Source of the DNA: Octopus bimaculoides
Taxonomy: Eukaryota
Assembly: GCF_001194135.2 (NCBI RefSeq)
Contig: NC_068989.1
Location: 72,126,293 to 72,179,713 of the forward strand
Length of the DNA: 53,421 nt
Direction of reading: 5' to 3'
Made by a program: the position numbers and the translations under genes. Below are positions 14,882 to 27,306 of the stretch, one piece after another; position 1 is the first letter of the stretch; each line of letters begins with the position of its first letter. The notes under the pieces were generated by a model. It worked only from the letters and a program-made list of their open reading frames with translations, was not told the origin of the DNA and ran no database searches.

Positions 14882-15536
14882 TCCAAGTCTACCACCCAGG
14901 TGAGCCATGATTGGGTCTGAACTCAGAACACAAAGAGCTAGAACAAACACCACAAAGTATTCTGCCTGATGTTCTTACAGCACCACCAATCCACTACCTT
15001 GGATTGTGTATTTTTTTTAATTGGTCCATAAAGGGTATTTAATCATTATAATCAATCAGAATACTTATTTTATTGATCCTGAAATGATGAAAGCTAAAGC
15101 TATCCCTCTCTCCCATTCAATTTGAACAACCCAAAGAATTAAAGTACCAAACAATTTACAATAAAGAGTAGTGTTTTAGCTAATTCCCATCAACCTTTAT
15201 TCAGGTCACTGCCACAGAGAATAAGTAACTAATGGACTCTATAGGATTTAATAGAATTTACAAGAAGCCATCTGTCTAAAGACCAGCAAGGTAACAAGAA
15301 TATTTAACAATTACAAGTTATTTCATATAAGCACAAGTCCTCGGATTTACAGGAGAAAAAGATCTAAGGAAATTTCACAAAGCATGTCATTTTAAATGAT
15401 ACAGGAGGAAGATTAGCAAAATGAATCAGAGAATCAAAAGAAACAACTTTGGAATCAAAGAGAATTAAATATTAAATGATTAAAAATATTATACGGTGTT
15501 AAGATAATGAGACACAAACACATACATGAATATGAT

Positions 15537-15689
15537 GAGCTTCTTCCAGTTTTCTTCTACCAAATCCACTTACAAAACTTAGGTCAGCCTAGGGCTATAG
15601 TAAAAGACACTTGCTCAAGGTGCCATGCAGTGGGACCGAACTTGAAACCATGTGGTTGGGGAGCTAACTTTTTAACCATTCAACCATGG
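15537..15689 (-). mobile_element. SINE family A, 5' half
   Basis: ctaccaaatccacttacaaa...gacacttgctcaaggtgccatgcagtggg is the reverse complement of the A core. Confidence 0.7.
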
Positions 15690-16069
15690 TGTAGATTGAT
15701 ATAAAATAAACAACAGCAAGGTGCTGGGGGTTGATTGATTCAATTTTAATACACAAAAGAGAATGCATGTATATGTTCCAAGTTATAGGTCACAGTTTAG
15801 CACCTTTGGTAGCTGAACTTTTGCATAAAAGTACATCTCTACAAAGTCATGAGACTATGAGATGTTTTCTGAAATTTGCTCCTATTTTAGTTTCAGATAC
15901 NNNNNNNNNNNNNNNNAAAAAAAAACGAACTAAGAATGTTGTATATCCCAAGCACTGCAATGGACAAGTGAGTGGGAATGAGTAAGTCATTTAGAATAAT
16001 TACCTAAATTAATGCAGTATTTTTACGAAAAAAAAAAAAGCATGTTTTTCCAGGCCTAAATCTGTTTTG

Positions 16070-16340
16070 GGCCCTTAGACTCACAAGGCCAAAATTTAAC
16101 TCTGTTTCCATGGCATATAAGTGACTGAGATTACAATACTCCCCCACACCTCACTTCCTGAATGGGATATTGGTTCATTGTAGGTTTGGATTTCCAGCTA
16201 CTACTGGATTGCTGGAATTCATTTGGAGCTACGTGGACCGGAGTTACATGAAATGAAGTGTTTTACTCAAGAACACAACTCACTGCCTGAACAAGGAATT
16301 GAAACTACAGTCTTACACAGTGAGTACAACACTGTAAGTG
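16070..16340 (-). mobile_element. SINE family E, decayed
   Basis: catgaaatgaagtgttttactcaagaacacaac...ggaattgaaactac is the reverse complement of the E head. Confidence 0.55.
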
Positions 16341-16342
16341 CT

Positions 16343-16521
16343 TAGTGGCATTTTGGCTGCCTTCATGTTCTTTGTTCAAATTCTGCCGTGGTCAGCTTTG
16401 CCTTTCATCCTTTCAGGGATCATAAAACAGGCACCAGTCAAGCACTGGGGTTGACGTAGTCAACTAACATCCTTTCCTGAAATTGCTTGTCTTGTGCTAA
16501 AATTTGAAATCATCATCATCA

Positions 16522-16554
<33 letters not shown>

Positions 16555-16975
16555 GGAGGTGGTGAGCTGGCAGAATCATTAGCACGCTGGGCGAAATGCT
16601 TAACAATATTTTGCTTGTCATCATGTTCCGAGTTAAAATGCCGCCAGAGTTGACTTTGCCTTTCATCCTTGGTGTCGATAAATTAAGTACCGGTTATACA
16701 CTGGGGTCGATATAATCGACTGGTCCCCTCCCCAAAGATGTGCCTATAGTAGAAAGGTAAAGGTGGTGAACTGGCAGAATCATTAGCACACTGGGCGAAA
16801 TGCTTGGTGGTATTTTGTCTGTCGCTATGTTCTGAGTTCAAATTCCACTGAGGTCAACTTTGCTTTTCATCTTTTGGGGATTGATAAATTAAGTACCAGT
16901 CAAGTGCCAGGGTAGATGTGATCGACTGTCCCCCTCCCCACAAAAATCCAGACCTTGTACCTATAGTAGAAAAGA
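16343..16975 (+). mobile_element. Three head-to-tail copies of SINE family C
   Basis: Repeated ggtgagctggcagaatcattagcac...gagttcaaatt...gactttgcctttcatcc...aagtacc...gcctatagtagaaagg units, with a (TTA)n tail between the first two. Confidence 0.85.
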
Positions 16976-18419
16976 TTCTTCTTCTTATTATTATTATTTT
17001 AACATCTAATATTGGTGACATGAGAAAAAAGTTTTATTAGTCTATGTATGTGTACATGCATAGTTTACTTAACAGTTGTACAATAACAGTAAAAAAAAAA
17101 AACAAAAAAAACAACAAAATCTGAAAATCAAAAATGAAAGGAGTCAGAAATCCCCGCTCTTTTAGAAGAAGTAACGACTTTTGCAGACATGAAGTGCAGA
17201 TTTATCATGAACTATTTTAATCCATGGCATAACATAATGAAAGAAAGAAGAAATTATTTCGCTAGAAAAAGGAATACTAACTAATTCTAATACTATTGCT
17301 ATTTCTAACAGATTCTGTTGATGCTTATCGACTTTAGCCACAATGAATGTATTATGGGGGAAGCGTGGCTGTGGAATAACGGTTTTATGAAGTGTGTAGG
17401 TGTATGTGTGTATACCACTGATTAAAGAGGGCGTCAGCTATGGTATTTACCAGGGGGCCAGTTACTATTTAAAAAAAAAAAAAAAAAAAAAAAACCCAGA
17501 AAACATTGTGTGTGTGTGTACACACAAAAAAAACCCCAAAAAAAACAGTCAGTTGTCAAATATGCATATCAATGAAAACTGTCTTCTACGTTCAGAGACT
17601 TTTTGTAATAGTTTTTTGCTTTGCTTTTGTAATTTTCTTTTTTTAGTATAATATCAGCAGCATGTCTGATTTGGCTACCGACACCAGTACATACATANNN
17701 NNNNNNNNNNNNNNNNNNNNNNNNNNNNNNNNNNNNNNNNNNNNNNNNNNNNNNNNNNNNNNNNNNNNNNNNNNNNNNNNNNNNNNNNNNNNNNNNNNNN
17801 NNNNNNNNNNNNNNNNNNNNNNNNNNNNNNNNNNNNNNNNNNNNNNNNNNNNNNNNNNNNNNNNNNNNNNNNNNNNNNNNNNNNNNNNNNNNNNNNNNNN
17901 NNNNNNNNNNNNNNNNNNNNNNNNNNNNNNNNNNNNNNNTATATATATATATATATGTATATGTATGTATGTATAGGCTTTTTTATTCCAGGTTAGATGC
18001 GTGGGCATGTATATTGTTATTTTTATTCATTATACATGTATACAATTTAAAAAGACCGATGATAATTAAATTATCATCTTGCCATGAGCTACTGTTTCTG
18101 AAACCCCACCAGGAGTTCACAAAGTAAATACCAGTATCACACTAGAGTTGATTCGGTGTACTCTATCTATATCTGTACTCCTATTACACATACAACTTGT
18201 GGTTTAGAGCAATGTAGGAACCTCTACACCATCATTCAATCTGCAAGAGATAGTAGCCTAATCTCCCTCAGGTTGCTATGATTCTCAATCATTTTCACTT
18301 TGTAGTGCACTGAAGATCAAATGTAATGATTATCAGTGTGCATGACATGCAAATTTGAAAAACAAACACAAAAAAGAAATTCAAAAATTAAGAAAAATTA
18401 TTAGATAACATTGTTGGTG

Positions 18420-19075
18420 TTGTTTACTTTGATATTATATTTCTGTTGTGGAGGCGCAATGGCCCAGTGGTTAGGGCAGCGGACTCGCGGTCATAGGATC
18501 GCGGTTTCGATTCCCAGACCGGGCGTTGTGAGTGTTTATTGAGTGAAAACACCTAAAAGCTCCACAAGGCTCCGGCAGGGGATGGTGGCGAACCCTGCTG
18601 TACTCTTCCACCACAACTTTGTCTCACTCTTTCTTCCTGTTTCTGTTGTACCTGTATTTCAAAGGGGCCAGCCTTGTCACACTGTGTCACGCTGAATATC
18701 CCCGAGAACTACATTAAGGGTACACGTGTCTGTGAAGTGCTCAGCTACTTGCNNNNNNNNNNNNNNNNNNNNNNNNNNNNNNNNNNNNNNNNNNNNNNNN
18801 NNNNNNNNNNNNNNNNNNNNNNNNNNNNNNNNNNNNNNNNNNNNNNNNNNNNNNNNNNNNNNNNNNNNNNNNNCGGAGTGCCAACAACAACAAAAATATT
18901 TCTGTTAAAATACACCACCTTTGTTCCAATTAATTTTGAATATAACAAAACAGCTGCCATTATTAAGATGGTGTTTGGAACATAAATCAAGATGGAAATT
19001 TAATGGAAAGTTTTGATTTAGATCACTTTAAACAAAGAGGTTTGTATCATAGAACCAAGGAAATTCTCAAGATGC
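18420..19075. mobile_element. piggyBac-like MITE family 1, interrupted by a SINE B copy
   Basis: atatttctgttaaaatacaccacctttgttccaattaattttgaa...gtttgtatcatagaacc is the reverse complement of the 1753-1969 family. The segment atatttctgtt is duplicated around the SINE. Confidence 0.55.
18448..18895 (+). mobile_element. SINE family B (gapped)
   Basis: B head and (CAA)n tail. An 11-bp TSD atatttctgtt lies at 18437-18447 and 18896-18906. Confidence 0.9.
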
Positions 19076-19214
19076 CCAAAACATTTTGTATGAATTTACT
19101 AAAGCCTTAAATTTTATTTTCTAAAACAATCTGAGATGCACTCAGATACCTCTTGCATCCGACACTACAGTTTAAGAGCAACTGCTATCTACTACAGTTT
19201 AAACAAAAAAAAAA

Positions 19215-19400
19215 AAAAAAATTTAGGGGAGAGAGTAAGTTGATTACATTAATCTTAGTGATCAACTGAGTGCTTATTTTGTTGACCCCGAAAGGATGAA
19301 AAGCAAAGTTGAGCTTGGTGGGATTTGAACTCAGAACCTAAAAAGTTGGAAGAAATGCTGCTAAACAGTGTGTCTGATATACTAATGATTCTGTCAGTTT
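19215..19400 (-). mobile_element. SINE family C, decayed
   Basis: caactgagtgcttattttgttgaccccgaaaggatgaaaagcaaagttgagc...atttgaactcagaac is the reverse complement of C. Confidence 0.75.
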
Positions 19401-20729
19401 GCCAATGATTTCTGATTTTGCTTGCATTTTTTGTAAAGGTGGGTGATGATAATGGCAGTGAACAGGTGTATAATCAATTAAATTAACTCAAGTATCAAAC
19501 CAGGAATGTCATTTAATAAAGTTGAACCTGGCACAATTTGAATTCAATAATAACAAGAGCACTCAGAGAGCGCAAACCTCTGCCAAGGTAACACCAACGC
19601 CCTCTCAACGATTAGCCAGAGATGATTTTTAAAATGAGAATATCTGAAATAAACTCGACTTCTCTCACAAACGAGAATACTAAAAATGAACCTGGCTGCT
19701 CTCAAAAATTAAGTAAAAAAAAAAAAAAAAAAAAAAAAGAACAGGATGTAATCGACACCCACCCTACGTATGGCCATTAGACTTCCCAGAAATAGCAGCC
19801 AAATTCTCTCAACTTGCACCATACCGTCCTAACAAAAGAGAGGGACACAAGACAGCCCCGTATAAATATAAACACACACACTTATGGGGTAGCCAAACCT
19901 GGGACGCCTTTGATTATCGACCCGTTCGATCAGAAGTGACTTGAGATGCAAATGGGGGTGAGGACTAAACAACAACCGCAACGGGCGTGTTATATAGAAG
20001 TAAGAAATTGTGACATTTATGACAGATAAATAGGATTTTAAATTTTGGCTCAAGGCCACACAACTTTGGAGGAAAAGGTATGTAGAGTCGATCTGATTCT
20101 CGTACTTAACTGGTTCTTGTTTCCACCACCGCCACCACTAACCAGCCAGCCAGAAAGTGCGTAAATATTCTGTCATTCTATTTTATAAACACGTGTGACC
20201 AAATCTAAAACAGTTCATGACAAAAATAACACCAATTTCTTTTATTTGCCACTAGGTCGACAGATGGGAGACAAACAATAATAATAATGATGATGATGAT
20301 GATGATGATGATGGTAAGAGTTTGAGAACTACACCAAAAAGACGAAATGCATTAAGAAGAAAAAAAAAGGTGGAATTTACATTGATCAAATAGGGGAACA
20401 ATAACAAAAAGGATATAACAAAGGGTTTTTAAAAAATAGAATTCAGAAAAGTGGATATCAATATCGAAAACTGAATGAATATATTGCGTTCGCACGGGAT
20501 GTTTTCGGAAGAATCAACTTCGTGAATCACACACACACACACGCATGACATCTGCCATTTAACGACATTCTGATCGTGATAAGCTATAATTATTTAAACA
20601 ACAGTATCATTCTAGCTTTAAAAGTTTCCAACTAAAACCCCTAAGACAGACTCTAAGAAGGAAGCAATGAAAATGAGATAAGAACCTGCGCTATCCTAGG
20701 TGAGCAAAATAAATCGAACAAGGCAGCGA

Positions 20730-20920
20730 CCGTATTTTCCGGCATACAAGTCGAATTTTTCAGAACGAAATTTACAGGTCGACTTATACATAAAGTCGAC
20801 TTTGGAGGATTAAAATTTCATGAAATGCAGCAGAATTTGGAAGGATAGTGACGATGTTTGAATGTTTGTACTATATGTTTACACTATATACTACGTCGAC
20901 TTGTATGCCAGATAATATGG
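20730..20920. mobile_element. pogo/Tigger-like MITE (191 bp)
   Basis: TIRs are ccgtattttccggcatacaagtcga (20730-20754) and tcgacttgtatgccagataatatgg (20896-20920), matching at 22 of 25 positions. The TA TSD is not intact. Confidence 0.7.
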
Positions 20921-21019
20921 TTATTAGTGACAGTGACTTCGAAGTTTTACTAAGGAAGGCTTACCAAACTATAAATGTCTTTAGGTAAAGTGTTAGGCTT
21001 TAATATATAACCACACAGG

Positions 21020-21222
21020 GGTGGCAAGCTGACAGAATCGTTAGCATACCGAGCAAACGCTTGGCAGCATTTCGTCCGTCTTCATGTTCCGAGTTCAAAT
21101 TCTGCCGAGGCCGACTTTGCCTTTCGTCCTTGATAAAATACGTACCAGTTGAGCACTGGGTCGATGTAATCGACTTACTCTTCCCCTAAAATTCCTGGCC
21201 CTGTGCCAAAAATTGAAATCAA
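21020..21222 (+). mobile_element. SINE family C, CpGs retained
   Basis: gctgacagaatcgttagcataccg...ccgagttcaaattctgccgaggccgactttgcc matches family C. Confidence 0.85.
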
Positions 21223-21554
21223 TATATAACTTAAACACACACATACGTATTCTCATTATTATTTATAACCGTGAAGCTACGATAATGAGTCGGGGTATAT
21301 TGTTTAGTTTTAGAACAACTTAAACCATTAACTGCAAAGGTGCAAAACAGAAGGCCGTTGGTTTGAATCACTGATGTAGCATCATAACTATAATTAGAAT
21401 ATTTACACTTTACGTATTGAGTTCTATTTCCCCAGTATGTACAACCTATATATACATACATATATATATATATGTATGTATTGTCCTTGCGGCGAATAAA
21501 AGCAATAAAGATAATTTTCTTTAATTTTCCTCAATACAAACATACATACATTGG

Positions 21555-21713
21555 CATTTATTCTAGCTCTTTACGTACTGAATTCAAAAGCTGCCGAGGC
21601 TGACTTAGCCTTTTATCTTTTCGAGATCGATAAAATAAGTACCAGTTGAGCACTAGTCAACATAATCGACTGCTACACCCTCTAACTAAATTTCCGACCT
21701 GGTGCCTATAGCA

Positions 21714-21715
<2 letters not shown>
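21555..21715 (+). mobile_element. SINE family C
   Basis: gaattcaaaagctgccgaggctgacttagcc...aagtaccagttgagcact...gcctatagcagaa matches family C. Confidence 0.7.
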
Positions 21716-21764
<49 letters not shown>

Positions 21765-22677
21765 NNNNNNNNNNNNNNNNNNNNNNNNNNNNNNNNNNNN
21801 NNNNNNNNNNNNNNNNNNNNNNNNNNNNNNNNNNNNNNNNNNNNNNNNNNNNNNNNNNNNNNNNNNNNNNNNNNNNNNNNNNNNNNNNNNNNNNNNNNNN
21901 NNNNNNNNNNNNNNNNNNNNNNNNNNNNNNNNNNNNNNNNNNNNNNNNNNNNNNNNNNNNNNNNNNNNNNNNNNNNNNNNNNNNNAATTTGTAATAATAA
22001 AGGAATTTGAAATAATAAAGCCTCACAAAGCAGAAATGAATGAAGACACACCTGTTATGTTTTGTTGTAAAGCATAACCTTCTCTTATTCGATTTCCTCT
22101 CCCGATCAAATATTTATTTAGATAATAACGATCTCTCTTATATATATATATAAGATTTGCTGAAATGACAGGTTAAGCTGAAGAAAAAAGTCAATTATAT
22201 AGGTAATTAACTTGAAGTGTTTAGGTGTTGTTTACATTATTCGATATTGATTTCGGTCCATGTTACTTTTTTAAATAAGGAATCGACTACAAAATTAAGA
22301 TAAATTAAATTAAATCTGTCACGTCCAGACCCCCTACTTACCATACATTAACAATGGAAAAGAAGGTGGGGGGGGGGAAGAAAAAGAAAAAAGTGACAAG
22401 TCATCAATAAGGGCTCGAAACCGGGACCCAGATACGGCTCAATATGGGTAGAGATTAACTTTCAAATAAAGTAACACCGCAATATGAGGTTTATAAAAGA
22501 CATATACACCTTTAGAGAGAGCCACACACACACACATAAATGCCGGATATAGACAGAGTGAAGCCCTTAATATATTTATATAAAACTGGGAGGGGTCCCT
22601 AACTCCAGAAGGTCTCATAAAAATGGAAAACATATGTCTTTGAATTATTATGGGTTTATTTTGCTAACTAGCCACCT

Positions 22678-22851
22678 ATATTATTATTATTATTATATTA
22701 TTATCATTATTATATTATCATTATATTATCATTATTATATTATCATTATTATTATTATTATTATTATTATATTATCATTATTAACTATTAATAATAATAT
22801 CTTCATTATGTAAGTATGTATACATGTATTTATGTATGTGTATAATTCATG

Positions 22852-22895
<44 letters not shown>
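22678..22895. repeat. Imperfect (TTA)/(ATC)n followed by (TA)n
   Basis: Seen directly. Confidence 0.95.
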
Positions 22896-22898
<3 letters not shown>

Positions 22899-23574
22899 AA
22901 TGGAAATAGTTTCAGTTGAAAAAATAGAGATTTGATCGCAGTCTTTAGTTTGGATGAAAACGTAGCGCCAAAAACCATAATTATAGGAATTTATAGCACA
23001 AATAAATAGATGAGATTGTTCGGCTTTCATGCATTTCCCAGAGTAGATTGTGCTGCGTATAAACAGAGTAGGTGAGCCAACAAAGAGAGGAGCCATTGCA
23101 AGAAATAGCAGTCAAATCGCCATCAAAATCACACCTTGCCTTCTTAAAAAGGGTCGTGGGAATACGCATTGAATGGTATAAACCCACATATGTATATATT
23201 TATTTAAAAAAAGGGTGTGATCTGATCTGGAGGTGTTTTGATGTTAGTAAGTCCTTTTTTTTTATTTATAAGGGCTGAAATCGTAGAGACTTTTAAATAA
23301 CAACAATCAACAGAATGACATAGTAATGTAAAACAAAAACCAATTTTTGGTTTTTGAATTAAAAATAGGAATTAAAAGAGAATTTGTGGTAGCGTAAGTT
23401 AGGAGGAGCCCAGAAATAACAGCGAGTAAAATCCCCAATAAATAAAGCGGGGACAAAATAGATAAACAGATATGAGAGAGAGAGAGTGAAAGAGAGAGAG
23501 AGTGAAAGAAAGAGAGACAGAGACAGAGAGAGTGAAAGAAAGAGAGAGAGAGAAGAAGGAATGCCTTGTCTCAC

Positions 23575-23754
23575 CTTGTGTGGAGCATTCAGCAACTTGT
23601 GGACAGCCCCTATTTGATTACATAGTGGTACATCCCTATGGAAAATGAATGTAGGAGGTCGGGTAGGCTCTAGGAACATACTGGTGTTGGAAAAAGGGTC
23701 CATGTCGTCTAGGTATTGAACACGACATAGTAACGTAGCGTCCGATGACGCCAT
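23575..23754 (-). CDS. FHOD3: First coding exon (60 aa) of an FHOD1/FHOD3-type formin, N-terminal GTPase-binding domain
   Basis: Translates to MASSDATLLCRVQYLDDMDPFSNTSMFLEPTRPPTFIFHRDVPLCNQIGAVHKLLNAPHK. This closely matches the FHOD3 N-terminus as I recall it (MATLACRVQFLDDTDPFNSTNFPEPSRPP...VHRLLQAPHK). The ATG context is aacATGG. A phase-0 donor AAG|GTGAGA follows APHK, after which the ORF runs into a CT microsatellite. Confidence 0.95.
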
Positions 23755-23979
23755 GTTGATTGCGTTTAAAGGAACGATCGTCGTCGTCTGACTGTCAGTT
23801 TGTGGAAGTGTGTATATATACGTGTAGGTGTGTATATGTGCGCAAGTATTCAGGCATTTCTGCGTGTATGTATATACGAGTATGGGTGTTGTCTATGTGC
23901 GTGCGTGCTTGCTTCTGTTTTATCGTTACCTTCTTCCCATCACCACTTGCAGCCAAATTTCTTCTTACCTCTTGTCAAC

Positions 23980-24845
23980 AGGCCTTCTCCTCCTCTCCCT
24001 TCTACTCACACTCTGTGTACACCTATCTCCCTCCACCTTCCAACTCTCTCTCTCTCTCTCATTGTATTGCGCTGTCACACACTTTGTCCCTCCCTCCCTC
24101 CGTCTCGCTCCTGCTTTCTCTCTTTCTTTTTTCTTTCCCCCTCCTCCTCCAGCGGTATTTTGTGACTATCTATTTCTCTGTCACTCTGTCTCACTCCCTC
24201 CCTCTCTTTTCTAACCCTCTCTTCTCGTCTGCTTTGATTTGAATCTTAACCTTATATTTTTTCTCTCACACCTTCCTTTTTATTTCTCTCGTTTCTATCT
24301 CATTATTTTGTTTACATTGTTCACGTTTTCTCACTAACCTCTCCAAAACTTGCCTTGTCATATCTATCTATCTATCTACCTATCTATCTATCTATCTATT
24401 TTTCTGTCTGTCTGTCTTTCTATGTATCTGTCTATCTTATCTTATTTTCACTCTCAGCATGATTTTTTTCCTCCCTGCTTCTTGTCTTCTCTGTCTTTCC
24501 ATTCCGTCAACTTTACACTTTATCTCTCTCTCTCTTTCCCTCTCTGGTCTTCTGTCTAACATTTTCACTAAACTCCTCCTTACCTCTATCTCTCTCCCCC
24601 CTCCAAATTTCTCCTTACTATTATCTTCCTCTCGTTTACTCCTATATCTCTTTCCCCTCCCTCCCTCTATCTCTCCTTTGCTTTCTTTCTCTATACCCCA
24701 CCCTCCTTTTATCTGTCTCCCTATCTTTAATTCTCTATCTACATGACACCATGTCATCTTCTAAAATAGCCAGCCACCTCACTTCATCCCTTTTTCCTTT
24801 TCCCACCGCCATGCTTCGACTAGTCCCTATCTCTATCTTCTCTAC
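23980..24845. repeat. Pyrimidine-rich low-complexity tract (about 850 bp) upstream of the formin ATG
   Basis: CT-rich on the + strand, with (CT)n and (CTAT)n patches. Confidence 0.85.
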
Positions 24846-25131
24846 AACCCCATCGTTCTGCAAGCTGTATTTTCTCTTATCAAAATAAACACCCATAACG
24901 CAGCATCAACAGATGCCAGGAAGACGTAATGGGAACGTGGAGACAAAACTTCGTCAGGATGAGGGCTCAAAAAAATAAAGGCACTGCAATAGATACGCAA
25001 ACATACCTCGGTTTTTATCCCAATCACACACACACACACACTTATACAATATATATTGGTCGATCGTCTGAAGTTTCACCTGTGTCTACAATCATGGGTA
25101 AGGTACGAGAAGGGTCTTGATGGAGGCTATA

Positions 25132-25172
<41 letters not shown>

Positions 25173-25356
25173 ACAGGAAAATATAAATCTTTTGGTACTA
25201 TTTTTCTCCATTACACGTGTTTCTCATTTTCCAATAAAAATCACAAAGATTTACATGTTATATAGGCATAAGAGATTCCCTATTAGAGAAATTGTCAGCC
25301 ACCAGCTTACGAACCTTTGTATATGTATAATTTCCATCATAAAGTTTCGGCCATAA

Positions 25357-25405
25357 CTTGCCTGATGAGCCTGTGAACGCACGGGCGAAACTTTTGAGTA
25401 ACAAG
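25357..25405 (+). ncRNA. Type I hammerhead ribozyme motif (Penelope-like element type)
   Basis: Core CUGAUGA at 25362-25368. Stem II is GCCUGUG/CACGGGC (7 bp) with loop AACG, followed by GAAA. Stem III is ACU/AGU with loop UUUG. The cleavage triplet is GUA, with the cut after 25400. Stem I is CUUG/CAAG with a C-A mismatch next to the core. Confidence 0.75.
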
Positions 25406-27306
25406 AGATTGACAAGATCAAACGAAAAATATTGATCTCTACTATAGCCTTGAGTACTTGTGACAACCAACTCTAAACGTATGTTTTGTGTGCATTAACC
25501 AATCTTGAAAAAACCATAGGGTAAAAAAGGAAATATAACTGTAAACGTAACATTAATAAACATGCATAAAGACACACACACACACAGTGTTTTTTAAAGC
25601 AAGAGGTACCCCTAAAATGTGATACAAAGCTCAACCCTGAATTAACAGAATATATATAAATTTGTTTATTTTGCACTGACAACACAACCGGTTGTTTCGT
25701 TCAATGAGTTTCTCGGAGTATTTCGAGAAACTCAGTGAAGCAGAACAACATATGTTTATTTTCTACGGCAGTTACTTCTTTTCGTAGTTTCAGTTTATTG
25801 AGCTATGGTAAGGTAAAGGTATATTAGTTTGACTGTAAATAGTTTCAAGATTAGTTTTTATTGACACATTCATTCTATCAGGCATCCAGATTATAGAGTG
25901 AGCACCTGAAAAGGAGAGACTAAAATATGATTTAGGGAATTATGTCAAACATGAAAATAGCAGTGTACGGTGCAGTTAATAGCTATAGGGTATCGTAGTT
26001 TTTTTGGCAGTTACACAATGTCGTAAATTGTTTTAAATGTGAAAAAAGAATCACTTTCTGATAGTACGCAGAATTTTTAAAAAGCCGTTGCAGAAACTGA
26101 AAGTGGCGTATTGATAAAACTGGTGTAAAAAATACTGCAGAGATCACTGATATGAAATTCAGTAAGGTTATGGTGCAAGTCAGGTGACAATAACAGCAAT
26201 AATATTTCAAAACGTCTGGATGGCTTTGAATAAACCTCTGATCAGAAACTGTGATTTCAAACAAAAGAGATCTAAGTTCCAGAATAATTGGTTCTAAAAC
26301 TAACATTCTTCTCAAAAATATATCAATACTTATTGCTAATACACTAAATATAAGCAACTTTTTTCAAGAAGCAGGCCGCATGTGAGATTATTAATTATTA
26401 GTCGAAGTACGCTGCTAAAAAAAATTCAAGGTATTTTTTCATAAGCGTGGCATACAGCAAACCGTAGTTTGCTCATGACTGTAATACATCAATAATAAAC
26501 CATCAGTCAAAACCAAGCAAAGGGACGTCTTTTTGGAAAGGGGACTCCTTTTTCTGAAGAAATAAGAATAAATAAATGAGCTTCTCTTATAGTGGTTGCG
26601 TGAAAGGTGGATGGAAATGCGAGAATATGTGAGATCCATAGAGTAGATCTAAATGAAAGAATTTGTTCCGCTCCATTATTCAATTCCCAAATACTAAATC
26701 GATGTTTGTATTATATCTTTCTGATATAAATTATTTTGCTAAAGTGGATTTCTATCAACAGATAGAAATGTGTTCTAAAGCAAGATAAATTACAACAACA
26801 AATACACCAATTATCTTTTTTTTCCAGAAAGACACGTCTTTCATATGGAAGACACGGTCCTTCAAATACAGCTAGCACCATCTTTCAGAGAGCAACTAAA
26901 CATGTTGCTGGAAGTCATACCGATAATGTTTATTACTTATGAAGATGATGCATATATTAGTGAAAAAAAAAAAGCAATTACTTGAAAGTCTAAATTTTAA
27001 AGTAGATAAGATAATATAATATATCAAGTAAAGTGATCAAACGAATTAAGTCACTGTCAGAGACTTATAAGCGCGCGCACGCAAACACACACACACACAG
27101 AGGCATGACTGAATGATTAAGAAGCTCACTTTGCAATCACGTGGTTTTGGGTTCAGTCCAACAGCGTGACATCGTGCTGACCAATGCTTTATGGAGCAAT
27201 CTCGTTGGACAGAAACTATATGGAAAGCCGCTGTATATATATATGTGTATGCATGTGTGTGTGTGTGTGTGTGTGTATGTGTGTGCATGTATGGATGGAT
27301 GTGTAT

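Noticed and set aside
16343-16975. Repeat-spacer-like periodicity (CRISPR-like)
   Set aside because: The units are about 200-bp SINE copies in eukaryotic DNA, with no short repeat and unique spacer pattern and no cas genes.
23760-24757. Several 95-160 aa ORFs upstream of the formin ATG
   Set aside because: They are low-complexity CT-rich or TG-rich DNA with no domain resemblance.
25980-26640. Possible decayed transposon coding sequence
   Set aside because: Only vague resemblance to integrase or transposase text, with many stops and no diagnostic motif.
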